Positions 9,309 through 17,962 of a stretch of DNA of 64,000 nucleotides are shown piece by piece. Location of the stretch: contig CAVRAY010000001.1 of the NCBI GenBank assembly GCA_963719225.1, positions 960,001 to 1,024,000 on the forward strand, read 5' to 3'. Each line of letters opens with the position of its first letter. The stretch's first letter is position 1. The notes under the pieces are model-generated. The model saw only the letters and a program-made list of their open reading frames with translations, made no database searches and was not told where the DNA came from. Source of the stretch: Thermoanaerobaculia bacterium. GTDB lineage: Bacteria > Acidobacteriota > Thermoanaerobaculia > UBA5066. The translations under genes and the position numbers were made by a program.

Positions 9309-10352
9309 CTAGCCGAGCGGCGCGCGTGCGGCCGCGACGAACGCGGCGACGTTCTCGGGCGGCGTGGGCGGGAGGATGCCGTGGCCCAGGTTCACGATGT
9401 GGCCGACGGGGCCGGCCGCGCGGCGCGCGGCGAACACGGCCTCCTTCACGGCATCGGGCGTTCCGAGGAGGACGCCGGGATCGACGTTCCCCTGCAGCGC
9501 CTTTCCGTTCGCGCGCACCCGCGCCTCGTCGAGCGGAAGCTTCCAGTCGATGGAGAGGACGTCGACCGGCATCCCGGCGAACGAGTCGATGAGATGCGCC
9601 GAGCCCGACGCGAAGAGGATGACCGGCACCTGCGACCGGCGCGGCAGGTGCGACACGAGCCGCTCGGTCGCGGGACGCGCAAAGCGGTCGTAGTCGGCGC
9701 GCGAGAGCTCGCCCGCCCACGAGTCGAAGACCTGGACGACGTCGGCGCCGGCCTCGATCTGCGCGGCGAGGTACTTGCCGCACGCGTCGGCGAGCTTCGC
9801 GAGGAGCTCTTCGAGCACTTTCGGCTCGCGATGCATCATCGCCTTGACCGTCGGAAACGACTTCGACGAGCCACCCTCGACCGCGTACGTCGCGAGCGTC
9901 CAGGGCGCCCCGCAGAACCCGATCGTGGCCGCCGAATCGTGGAGGACCCTCTTGAGGCCGCGGTGAATCTCCGTCACGAACACGGTCTCGACGTTCGGAT
10001 CGAAATCGTGGAGCTTCGCGACGTCCTCGGCCGTGCGAACCGGATTCGGGAGCTGCGGTCCTCCCTCGTCGAGACGGACCTCGAGTCCCATCGGCGGAAG
10101 AGGAATCAGAATGTCGGAAAAAAAGACCACGCCGTCCATTCCGAAACGCCGGAAAGGCTGCAGCGAGACCTCGATGGCGGCCGGGACGTCCGCACACAAC
10201 TCCAGGAACTTGAGCCGCTTCCGGACCTCGCGGTATTCGGGCAGGTAGCGCCCGGCCTGCCGCATGAGCCAGACCGGAGAAAAATCCGTCGGGCGGCCGA
10301 AGGCGGCGTCGACGAAGCGCCGTCGGGAGGGAGCCGTCAGGGTCGTCGGCAT
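9309..10352 (-). CDS. hemE: Uroporphyrinogen decarboxylase
   Basis: PVWLMRQAGRYLPEY, FSDIL, GFCGAPWTLATY, QVFDSW, LQGN, NLGHG. Confidence 0.96.
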   Translation of the reverse strand: MPTTLTAPSRRRFVDAAFGRPTDFSPVWLMRQAGRYLPEYREVRKRLKFLELCADVPAAIEVSLQPFRRFGMDGVVFFSDILIPLPPMGLEVRLDEGGPQLPNPVRTAEDVAKLHDFDPNVETVFVTEIHRGLKRVLHDSAATIGFCGAPWTLATYAVEGGSSKSFPTVKAMMHREPKVLEELLAKLADACGKYLAAQIEAGADVVQVFDSWAGELSRADYDRFARPATERLVSHLPRRSQVPVILFASGSAHLIDSFAGMPVDVLSIDWKLPLDEARVRANGKALQGNVDPGVLLGTPDAVKEAVFAARRAAGPVGHIVNLGHGILPPTPPENVAAFVAAARAPLG

Positions 10353-10398
10353 CGCGCGGGAGGTTAGCATCGCGCCATGTGACGGTTCGTCACGTCCC

Positions 10399-10414
10399 TG
10401 ATGCATCCGCACTG
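10399..10414 (+). promoter_or_regulatory. Putative 7-2-7 site between divergent hemE and ccsA-hemA promoters; -10 TATAAT at 10438-10443
   Basis: Perfect TGATGCA half-site lying exactly 32 nt from each of the two divergent -10 hexamers (10361-10366 on minus, 10438-10443 on plus). Confidence 0.55.
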
Positions 10415-10450
10415 ACTCGTCGGCGGGCCCGGATTCCTATAATCGTCGCT

Positions 10451-11293
10451 GTGACCGGGGCCGCGCAGATCGCTTCGACTCTGGGATGGGTGGCCCTCGT
10501 CGCATACGCTCTTTCGGCGGTCCTCTACACGACGTCCCTCTTCCGGACGGCCGCGTGGATCGGGCGCTCGGCGACGGCCTTCGCGGTCCTCGGCGCCGTC
10601 TGCAACTTCGGCACGCTCTACGCGCGCTCGCTCGCGCTCCACACCGTGCCGTACCGCGACCTCCTCGGCTCCATGAAGCTGTTCGGCTTCTTCCTGGCCG
10701 TGCTGAACATCGTGCTCGAGCTCCGTCACAAGGACCGCTCGCTTGGGCCCTTCCTCATGCCCGCGGCGCTCGTGTTCCTCCTCCTCGCGGTGGTCCAGAC
10801 GACGCCCGTCCACAAGGACGCGCCGGAGCTGAAGGGCCCGGTCTTCGCGCTCCACGTGACGCTCAACATGCTCGCGTACGCGGCGTTCGCGGTGGCCTGC
10901 GCGCTCTCCCTGCTCTACGTCGTCGTGGGACGCTCGCTCAAGAAGCGCGCCTTGACGGGCGCCGCTTCGCGGCTCCCGAGCCTGTCGTACCTCGAGCGCG
11001 CGAACCGCACGTCGCTTTCCCTCGGCATCCTCGCGCTGGCGGTGGGACTCCTCCTCGGCCTTTTCTGGGCGTCGCGCATGTGGAAAGGGGAGCACCCGCT
11101 CTGGGCGCTCGACCCGAAGATCTGGTTCGCTCTCGCGACGCTCGCGTTCTACGTTTTCGTTCTCGTGCGGGCGCGCCGGGGCGCGGCGCCCGTCTCGACC
11201 GCCCGTCTCTCGATCGCCGGGTTCGTGCTCGTCCTCGTGTCCTACACGGCCGTCAACCTCCTCGTCAGCAAGCTGCACGACTTCACCTCATGA
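10451..11293 (+). CDS. ccsA: CcsA/HemX-like cytochrome c assembly membrane protein
   Basis: Multiple TM segments, ALHV, WWD-like WASRMW..W.LDPK, C-terminal LH; GTG 7 nt after TATAAT; coupled to hemA. Confidence 0.78.
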   Translation: MTGAAQIASTLGWVALVAYALSAVLYTTSLFRTAAWIGRSATAFAVLGAVCNFGTLYARSLALHTVPYRDLLGSMKLFGFFLAVLNIVLELRHKDRSLGPFLMPAALVFLLLAVVQTTPVHKDAPELKGPVFALHVTLNMLAYAAFAVACALSLLYVVVGRSLKKRALTGAASRLPSLSYLERANRTSLSLGILALAVGLLLGLFWASRMWKGEHPLWALDPKIWFALATLAFYVFVLVRARRGAAPVSTARLSIAGFVLVLVSYTAVNLLVSKLHDFTS

Positions 11294-12561
11294 ACCTGCT
11301 CTTCGTCGGATGGGACCATCGCGCCGCTCCTCTCGATCTGAGAGAGAGACTCGCGTTCACGCCGGAGAAGGCGCGCGAGGCGCTCGCAGGGCTCTTCGAG
11401 GAGCACATCCTGTCCGAGGGCGCGATCGTGTCCACGTGTAACCGCGCGGAGATCTACGGGATGTCCGACCGCGAGGACGGGCTCGACGCGCTCGCGGGAT
11501 TCTTCTCGCGGTTCCACCGCGTGGATGACGCGCTGCTGCGCCGCACGGCGCTCTCGGGCCACGGCGACGCGACGATCAGGCACCTCTTCCGCGTCGCCGC
11601 GGGCCTCGACTCGATGGTCCTGGGCGAGGCGCAGATCCTCGGTCAGATCCGCGAGGCGCACCGCCTCGCGACGGCCGCGGGCACGGTGCGCACCGTGACG
11701 AACCGGCTGTTCATGAGCGCGCTCGAATGCGGCAAGCGCGTGCGCGCCGAGACGGCGCTCGGACAGAAGCCGACGTCCGTCGCGGGTCTCGCGCTCCTCC
11801 TCGCCGGGCGCATCTTCGAGTCTCTCAGGGACCGGAAAGTTCTCCTGATCGGCGCCGGGGAGACGGCCGAGCTCACGGCGCGGCTTCTCGCCGACGCCGG
11901 TGTCTCGGAGGTTCTCGTCGTGAACCGCTCGCACGAAAACGGCGAGGCCCTCGCCGCGGCCATTCACGGCCGTGCGGTGCGGTGGGAAGACCGCGCCCGG
12001 GCGGCGGCTTCCGTCGACCTCGTCCTCTCGGCCACGAACGCGACCGAGCCCGTTCTCACCGAAGGAGCGCTGCGCACCGCGCTCCATGCCACGCCGCGCC
12101 GCGGCCCGCTCCTCGTCCTCGACCTCGCCGTGCCGCGCGACGTCGAGCCCGAGGTCGGCGAGCTCTCCGACGTCTACCGGTACGATCTCGACTCCCTCCA
12201 GGAGATGGCGGACGTGAACGCGCGGGCGCGCTCGGGCGAGGTGCCCCGTGCCGAGGAGATCGTCGAGGAGTGCGTCCGGAGGTTCCAGGAGTGGTGGGGC
12301 GGACTCCTGCAGGGCGACGTCGTGCGCGGCCTGAGGGAGAAGCTCGAGACCATCCGGCGCTCCGAGCTCGAGAAGCACGCCGGAAAGCTCTCCGCGCTGG
12401 ACCCGTCCGCGCGGGCCGCCGTCGAGCGCCTCACGGAAACCCTCGTGGCCCACATCCTCCACGACCCGACGGTCGGCTTGAAGGAAGGGGACGGCTCCGA
12501 TCGCCTCGAGCGCGCCGCGGCCGTGCGCGCGCTTTTCCGCCTCGACGAGAGGCCGAAATGA
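11290..12561 (+). CDS. hemA: Glutamyl-tRNA reductase
   Basis: STCNRAE, HLFRVAAGLDSMVLGEAQILGQ, IGAGE, DLAVPRDV. Confidence 0.96.
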   Translation: MNLLFVGWDHRAAPLDLRERLAFTPEKAREALAGLFEEHILSEGAIVSTCNRAEIYGMSDREDGLDALAGFFSRFHRVDDALLRRTALSGHGDATIRHLFRVAAGLDSMVLGEAQILGQIREAHRLATAAGTVRTVTNRLFMSALECGKRVRAETALGQKPTSVAGLALLLAGRIFESLRDRKVLLIGAGETAELTARLLADAGVSEVLVVNRSHENGEALAAAIHGRAVRWEDRARAAASVDLVLSATNATEPVLTEGALRTALHATPRRGPLLVLDLAVPRDVEPEVGELSDVYRYDLDSLQEMADVNARARSGEVPRAEEIVEECVRRFQEWWGGLLQGDVVRGLREKLETIRRSELEKHAGKLSALDPSARAAVERLTETLVAHILHDPTVGLKEGDGSDRLERAAAVRALFRLDERPK

Positions 12562-13628
12562 CCACGGCCACGGCCACGCGGCCGCTTCGGATGGGCACGC
12601 GGGCGAGCGCGCTGGCACGCACGCAGTCGGGCGCCTTCGCGTCCGAGCTGTCGCTCCTTTCGGGGCGCCCCGTCGAGACGGTCGTCATCCGCACCCAGGG
12701 CGACCAGCTCTCGAGCGAGGGCAAGGCTCCGCCCGGCGGCGACGCCGCCGGCGTTTTCGTCCGCGCGCTCGACGAGGCGCTTCTCAGGAACGAGATCGAC
12801 TTCGCGGTCCATTCCCTGAAGGACGTGCCGACGGTCGTCACCGCCGGCATCGTCCTCGCCGCCGTGCCGGAGCGCGCCGACCCGCGCGATGCATTCGTCG
12901 TCGCCTCGCGCCACCGGGGCGTGACGTCGGTGGGAGGGCTTCCGCCCGGGGCGCGCATCGCCACGTCGTCGCCCCGTCGCGTGTCGCAGCTCCTCAGGAT
13001 CCGGCCCGACCTCGTGATGGTCGCGATGGCCGGCAACGTCGACACACGCCTCCAGCGCCTCGAAGAGGGCCGCGCCGACGCGCTGATCCTCGCCTGCGCG
13101 GGTCTCGACCGGCTCGGCAGGGGAGGCGTCATCACGCGCCGGCTCGAGCCGGACGAGATGATCGGCGCGCCGGCGCAAGGTGCGCTCGGAATCAGCTGCC
13201 GGGCGGACGACGAGGAAACGAGGAAGATTTTGCTGAAGATGGAGGACCCCGCCGCACGAGTAACCGCCTCGGTGGAGCGCGACCTTCTGCAATTTCTGAG
13301 AGGGGGATGTCGGGCGCCTGTCGGCGCGCGAGGATTCTTGGAAGGGGAAGAAGGCAGCCGCACGCTGAAGCTCGTGGGCCGCGTTCTGTCGCTCGACGGG
13401 CGCGAATGCCTCGAAGAGGAGCTGAGCGAACCATTCGCGCAGCCGTCTGCGACTGCCACGACCTCTCCCTCTTCCCCTTCTAAGAAATCCCCCTCTTCCT
13501 CTTCTCCTTACGAGCAGTCTTTCTCTTCTTCTTCTTCTACTTCTCTCGGCCGCGTCCTCGCCGAGCGCCTTCTCGCGCGCGGCGCCGCGCGACTCATCGA
13601 CGCAGCGCGCGAGCGGGCTTCGGGGTGA
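12558..13628 (+). CDS. hemC: Hydroxymethylbilane synthase (porphobilinogen deaminase) with Ser-rich C-terminal insertion
   Basis: GTRASALA, AVHSLKDVP, TSSPRR, GNVDTRL, GGC (cofactor Cys). Confidence 0.94.
   Translation: MTTATATRPLRMGTRASALARTQSGAFASELSLLSGRPVETVVIRTQGDQLSSEGKAPPGGDAAGVFVRALDEALLRNEIDFAVHSLKDVPTVVTAGIVLAAVPERADPRDAFVVASRHRGVTSVGGLPPGARIATSSPRRVSQLLRIRPDLVMVAMAGNVDTRLQRLEEGRADALILACAGLDRLGRGGVITRRLEPDEMIGAPAQGALGISCRADDEETRKILLKMEDPAARVTASVERDLLQFLRGGCRAPVGARGFLEGEEGSRTLKLVGRVLSLDGRECLEEELSEPFAQPSATATTSPSSPSKKSPSSSSPYEQSFSSSSSTSLGRVLAERLLARGAARLIDAARERASG
13462..13547 (+). repeat. Polypyrimidine tract containing CCTTCTAAGAAATC, in frame in hemC ([28 protein letters not shown])
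   Basis: Motif at 13476-13489; variants on the opposite strand at 13291-13306, 13333-13345 and 13865-13885. Confidence 0.65.
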
Positions 13629-14401
13629 GCGGCAGGATCCTCCTACTTCGCTCCGGTTCCGCCGGATCCGAAGACGCCCAGGCCTCGGACGTGACCGTCC
13701 TCTATACCCATACCGTCGTGCCGCGTCCCGAGGGCATCGCGGAGGCGCTCGCGTTCGACGCGCGTGGTGCGACGCTCGTGATCTCCTCGAAGGAGGCCGT
13801 CAACTATCTGCTCCCTCTCTTCCGTGCTCCCTTCGCGCAGATGCTGGCGGTCGGGAAAGGCACCGGGGAATTGCTTAGAAGGGTGAATACGGGCGGCCCT
13901 CTCGGCGGCACTTCCGGCGAAGCATCAACCTACAGTGGGGCTTCGGACACGCAGATCGTCGTTCCGGAAATTCCCGGAGCCGCAGGTGTCATTCACTTCC
14001 TCAGAAACTCTTCCGTGCCCTCCCTCATGCGCATCCTCTGGCCGCACGGCTCCGACGCGGCGCCTGAGCCGCTGGAGCAGGTCCGCGCGCTCGGCATCCG
14101 GCTCGTCGCTCCCGTCGTCTACGAAAAACGTCCTCTCTCTTCCGCCGAGCTGAATCCTTCGATCCTGTCGGATTTTCGAGCCGGCCGGTTCGGGGCCGTC
14201 GCCGTGGGCTCGACGGCGGGCCTCGACGTCCTGCTCGCCGCCCTGGCTCTCAAGCCCGCGCCGCTTTCGAAAGTAAGATGGGGCGCTCTCGGGCCCGAGA
14301 CCGCGAAAGCCGTCACGGCTCGGGGGCTCCCGACGCCCGGGATTCCCGCGCACGCGCGCGTCGCCGAACTCCTGGACCTCCTGCGGAAGGAAACACGATG
14401 A
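13625..14401 (+). CDS. hemD: Uroporphyrinogen-III synthase (divergent)
   Basis: Position between hemC and hemB; SSKEAV, AVGKGT, VVYE and ALGPETAKA motifs. Confidence 0.75.
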   Translation: MSGRILLLRSGSAGSEDAQASDVTVLYTHTVVPRPEGIAEALAFDARGATLVISSKEAVNYLLPLFRAPFAQMLAVGKGTGELLRRVNTGGPLGGTSGEASTYSGASDTQIVVPEIPGAAGVIHFLRNSSVPSLMRILWPHGSDAAPEPLEQVRALGIRLVAPVVYEKRPLSSAELNPSILSDFRAGRFGAVAVGSTAGLDVLLAALALKPAPLSKVRWGALGPETAKAVTARGLPTPGIPAHARVAELLDLLRKETR

Positions 14402-15369
14402 GCTTCCCCCTCCATCGCTATCGCCGGCTCCGCCACTCCGAGAGCCTTCGAACTCTCGTGCGCGAGACGTCTCTCTCGCCATCCGACTTCATCGCGCCGC
14501 TCTTCGTCGTTCCGGGGAACGGCGTGCGCCAGGCGGTGCTGTCGATGCCGGGGATCGACCGCGTGTCCCCGGAGCTGGCCGCGAAGGACGCGAAAGCGCT
14601 CGCCTCGCTCGGAGTCCTCTCGGTGATCCTGTTCGGGATCCCCGAGGACAAGGACCCGACGGGCACGTCGTCCGCGGACCCCGAGGGCCCGGTCTGTCGT
14701 GCCGTGCGGGCGATCAAGGCCGAAAGTCCGAAGACTGTCGTGATGACGGACGTCTGCCTCTGCGAATACACGGACCATGGCCACTGCGGCGTCATCGCGC
14801 ACGAGACCGTCGACAACGACGCGACGCTCCCGATTCTCGCGGCCGAAGCGCTCGCGCATGCGAAGGCCGGCGCCGACGTCGTCGCCCCCTCCGACATGAT
14901 GGACGGGCGCGTCGGCGCGATCCGCGCCGCCCTCGACGGGTCCGGCTACCGGGACGTGGCGGTTCTCGCGTACGCCGCGAAATACGCCTCGGGCTTCTAC
15001 GGCCCGTTCCGCGAGGCTGCCGAGTCGACGCCCTCCTTCGGCGACCGCCGCGCGTACCAGATGGATCCGGCGAACGTGCGCGAGGCGATCAAGGAGGTCC
15101 TCTCGGACGTCGAGGAAGGCGCGGACCTCGTCATGGTCAAGCCCGCGCTTTCGTATCTCGACGTCGTGCGCGCCGCCAAGGAGGCCACGAACGTGCCGGT
15201 CGCCTGCTACAACGTCTCGGGTGAGTACGCGATGGTCAAGGCCGCCGCGCAGAACGGCTGGATCGACGGCAAACGCGTGACGCTCGAGATCCTGACGTCC
15301 ATGAAGCGCGCGGGCGCGGATTTGATCCTGACGTATCACGCGAAGGAGGCCGCTGAGTGGCTGGCGTGA
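14398..15369 (+). CDS. hemB: Porphobilinogen synthase (Zn-type)
   Basis: DVCLCEYTDHGHCG, APSDMMDGR, KYASGFYGPFREA, YQMDP, MVKP, VSGEYAM. Confidence 0.97.
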   Translation: MSFPLHRYRRLRHSESLRTLVRETSLSPSDFIAPLFVVPGNGVRQAVLSMPGIDRVSPELAAKDAKALASLGVLSVILFGIPEDKDPTGTSSADPEGPVCRAVRAIKAESPKTVVMTDVCLCEYTDHGHCGVIAHETVDNDATLPILAAEALAHAKAGADVVAPSDMMDGRVGAIRAALDGSGYRDVAVLAYAAKYASGFYGPFREAAESTPSFGDRRAYQMDPANVREAIKEVLSDVEEGADLVMVKPALSYLDVVRAAKEATNVPVACYNVSGEYAMVKAAAQNGWIDGKRVTLEILTSMKRAGADLILTYHAKEAAEWLA

Positions 15370-16691
15370 CCCGGAAGCGTGTTCGCAGAACTTCCCAGTC
15401 CGAAGCCCTTTTCGCGCGCGGCCGCGCGCGCATGCCGGGCGGCGTGTCGTCGCCCGTGCGCTCGTTCGCGTCCGTGGGCGGGAATCCGTTCTTCGCCAAG
15501 AAAGGCCGCGGCGCCACGCTGATCGACGCGGACGGCAACCGCTACGTGGACTGGGTCATGTCCTACGGCCCGCTCGTCTTCGGCCACGCGTACGGCGCGG
15601 TCCTTTCCGCCGTGAGAAAGGCCCTACCGCGCGGCACCTCCTACGGCGCGCCCACGCGGGGCGAGGTCGAGCTGGCCGAGCGCGTCACGAAGGCGTTCCC
15701 GTCGATCGAGAAAGTGCGCTTCGTGTCCTCGGGGACGGAAGCCACCATGAGCGCTGTTCGTCTCGCGCGTGGCGCCACGGGCCGCGATCTCGTGGTGAAG
15801 TTCTCGGGCTGCTATCACGGGCACGCGGACTCGTTCCTCGTGTCGGCGGGCTCCGGCGTCGCGACGCTCGGCATTCCCGGCTCGCCCGGCGTGCCCGCGT
15901 CTCTCGCCGGCCTCACGTTGACCGCGCGGTACAACGATCTCGCCTCGGTCGAGGCCCTGTTCGCCGCGCATCCGAAACGCATCGCGGTGATCGCGGTCGA
16001 GCCGGTGGCCGCGAACATGGGCGTCGTCGCGCCGGCGCCGGGATTTCTCGAAGGCCTTCGCGCGATCGCGAGTCGCGAAGGTGCCGTGCTGCTCTTCGAC
16101 GAGGTCATCACGGGCTTCCGCCTCGCCAAGGGCGGGGCCCAGGAGAAGTACGGGGTGCGGGCCGACCTCACGTGCCTGGGCAAGATCCTCGGAGGCGGGC
16201 TCCCCGTGGGCGCGTACGGCGGCCGCGCGGACCTCATGGCGAGAGTCGCGCCGGACGGTCCTGTGTACCAGGCTGGGACGCTCTCGGGGAACCCGCTCGC
16301 GATGGCGGCCGGGAAGGCGATGCTCGACTCCCTCACGCCGTCGGTCTACGCGAAGCTGGAGAAATCCGCGGTGGAGCTCGAGCGCGGAATGAACGCCGCC
16401 GCGAGAAAGGTCGGCGTCGAGGATCGCGTCGTGATCAATCGTGTGGGATCGATCCTCACGCCGTTCTTCACGAAAGGTCCGGTCCTGAACTTCGACGACG
16501 CGAAGAGATCCGACCTCGGGGCGTTCCGCAAGTGGTTCCACGCGCTCCTCGGCGGCGGCGTCTTCGTCGCGCCGGCCCAGTTCGAGGCCATGTTCGTGTC
16601 GACCGCGCACACGCCGCGCGACATCGCGGCTACGGTGAAAGCGCACGAAGCCGCGCTCAGGGCGGCGTTCGACGCGACGGCCGGCGGTTGA
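15366..16691 (+). CDS. hemL: Glutamate-1-semialdehyde 2,1-aminomutase
   Basis: PGGVSSPVR, SGTEATMSA, GCYHGH, FDEVITGFR, LGKILGGG, YQAGTLSGNP. Confidence 0.96.
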   Translation: MTRKRVRRTSQSEALFARGRARMPGGVSSPVRSFASVGGNPFFAKKGRGATLIDADGNRYVDWVMSYGPLVFGHAYGAVLSAVRKALPRGTSYGAPTRGEVELAERVTKAFPSIEKVRFVSSGTEATMSAVRLARGATGRDLVVKFSGCYHGHADSFLVSAGSGVATLGIPGSPGVPASLAGLTLTARYNDLASVEALFAAHPKRIAVIAVEPVAANMGVVAPAPGFLEGLRAIASREGAVLLFDEVITGFRLAKGGAQEKYGVRADLTCLGKILGGGLPVGAYGGRADLMARVAPDGPVYQAGTLSGNPLAMAAGKAMLDSLTPSVYAKLEKSAVELERGMNAAARKVGVEDRVVINRVGSILTPFFTKGPVLNFDDAKRSDLGAFRKWFHALLGGGVFVAPAQFEAMFVSTAHTPRDIAATVKAHEAALRAAFDATAGG

Positions 16692-17956
16692 CGGACCCGC
16701 GCAACGCTCTTCTCGAGGAAGCCCGGTCCCGCGACCGGGACGACCCGCTCGCGCTCTTTCGGGACGAGTTCGTGATCGACGATCAGGGCCCGCTCTATCT
16801 CGACGGGAACTCGCTCGGCCGCCTTCCGAAGCGCACGGCCCCGGCCCTGGAGAGCCTCGTGCGCGCCGAATGGGGCACGCGGCTCGTACGCGGGTGGAAC
16901 GAGGGCTGGGTGGACGCGCCGCGGCGCGTGGGCGACAAGCTCGCCCGGCTTCTCGGAGCCGGTCCCGGCGAGGTCGCGGTCTCGGACGCGACGAGCGTGA
17001 ACCTCTTCAAGCTCGCCGTCGCGGCGCTTCGAGCGAGGCCCGGCCGGAAGACGATCGTCACGGACGCGCTGAACTTCCCCTCCGACCTCTACGTCCTCGG
17101 TGGCGCTGCGGAACTCCTCGCCTCCCGGGTCATCGTCGTTCCCGCGCGCGACGGGATCGCGGTCGAAACCGCCGCCCTCGACGAGGCGATCACGGAAGAT
17201 ACGGCGCTCGTCGCGCTGTCGCACGTGGCATACCGGAGCGGCTATCTCCACGACATGGCGCGGGTCACCGCGCTCGCCCACGCCGCGGGCGCGCTCGTGC
17301 TCTGGGACGTGAGCCATTCCGCGGGAGTCGTCCCGATCGAATTCGACGCTTCGGGCGCCGACCTCGCCGTGGGTTGCACGTACAAATACCTGAACGGCGG
17401 GCCCGGATCTCCGGCGTTCCTCTACGTGCGGCACTCTCTCCAGCAGGAGCTCGTAAACCCGATTCCCGGCTGGTTCTCGAGGCACGAGCCCTTTTCGTTT
17501 CACGAGAGCTACGAGCCCGCGCGCGACCTGTCGCGGTTTCTCGTGGGCACGCCGCCGATCCTTTCCCTGGCGGCTGCGGAAGCGGGAGTGGATCTCGCGC
17601 TCGAGGCTGGGATCGGGCCGGTGCGCGAGAAGTCGATGGCGCAGGGAGAATTCCTCGTCCGTCTCTGGGCGGCGTTCCTCGAGCCGCGCGGCGTGACACT
17701 CCGTTCGCCGCGGGAAGATTCGCGGCGTGGCTCGCACCTCTCGTTCGGTCACGCGGAAGGCCTCGCGATCGACCGCGCCCTCGTCGACGAGATGGAGGTC
17801 GTAGCGGATTTCCGGCCGCCGGACGTGATCCGCTTCGGCTTCGCGCCTCTTTACACGCGCTTCGTGGATCTCTACGAGGCGGCCGACCGTTTCCGGCGGG
17901 TGCTCAGCGAAGAGATCTGGCGGAAGCACGCGGGCGCAGGACCGGCCGTCACCTGA
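16688..17956 (+). CDS. kynU: Kynureninase
   Basis: YLDGNSLG, NFPSDLY, WDVSHSAG, GCTYKYLNGGPG, RGSH; TTG start overlapping hemL stop. Confidence 0.9.
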   Translation: MTDPRNALLEEARSRDRDDPLALFRDEFVIDDQGPLYLDGNSLGRLPKRTAPALESLVRAEWGTRLVRGWNEGWVDAPRRVGDKLARLLGAGPGEVAVSDATSVNLFKLAVAALRARPGRKTIVTDALNFPSDLYVLGGAAELLASRVIVVPARDGIAVETAALDEAITEDTALVALSHVAYRSGYLHDMARVTALAHAAGALVLWDVSHSAGVVPIEFDASGADLAVGCTYKYLNGGPGSPAFLYVRHSLQQELVNPIPGWFSRHEPFSFHESYEPARDLSRFLVGTPPILSLAAAEAGVDLALEAGIGPVREKSMAQGEFLVRLWAAFLEPRGVTLRSPREDSRRGSHLSFGHAEGLAIDRALVDEMEVVADFRPPDVIRFGFAPLYTRFVDLYEAADRFRRVLSEEIWRKHAGAGPAVT

Positions 17957-17962
17957 CGAGAG

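Noticed and set aside
10379-10393. Palindrome GTGACG-GTT-CGTCAC as a CRP site
   Set aside because: Spacer is one base longer than TGTGA-N6-TCACA and no second copy was seen. It may be a real operator but cannot be assigned.
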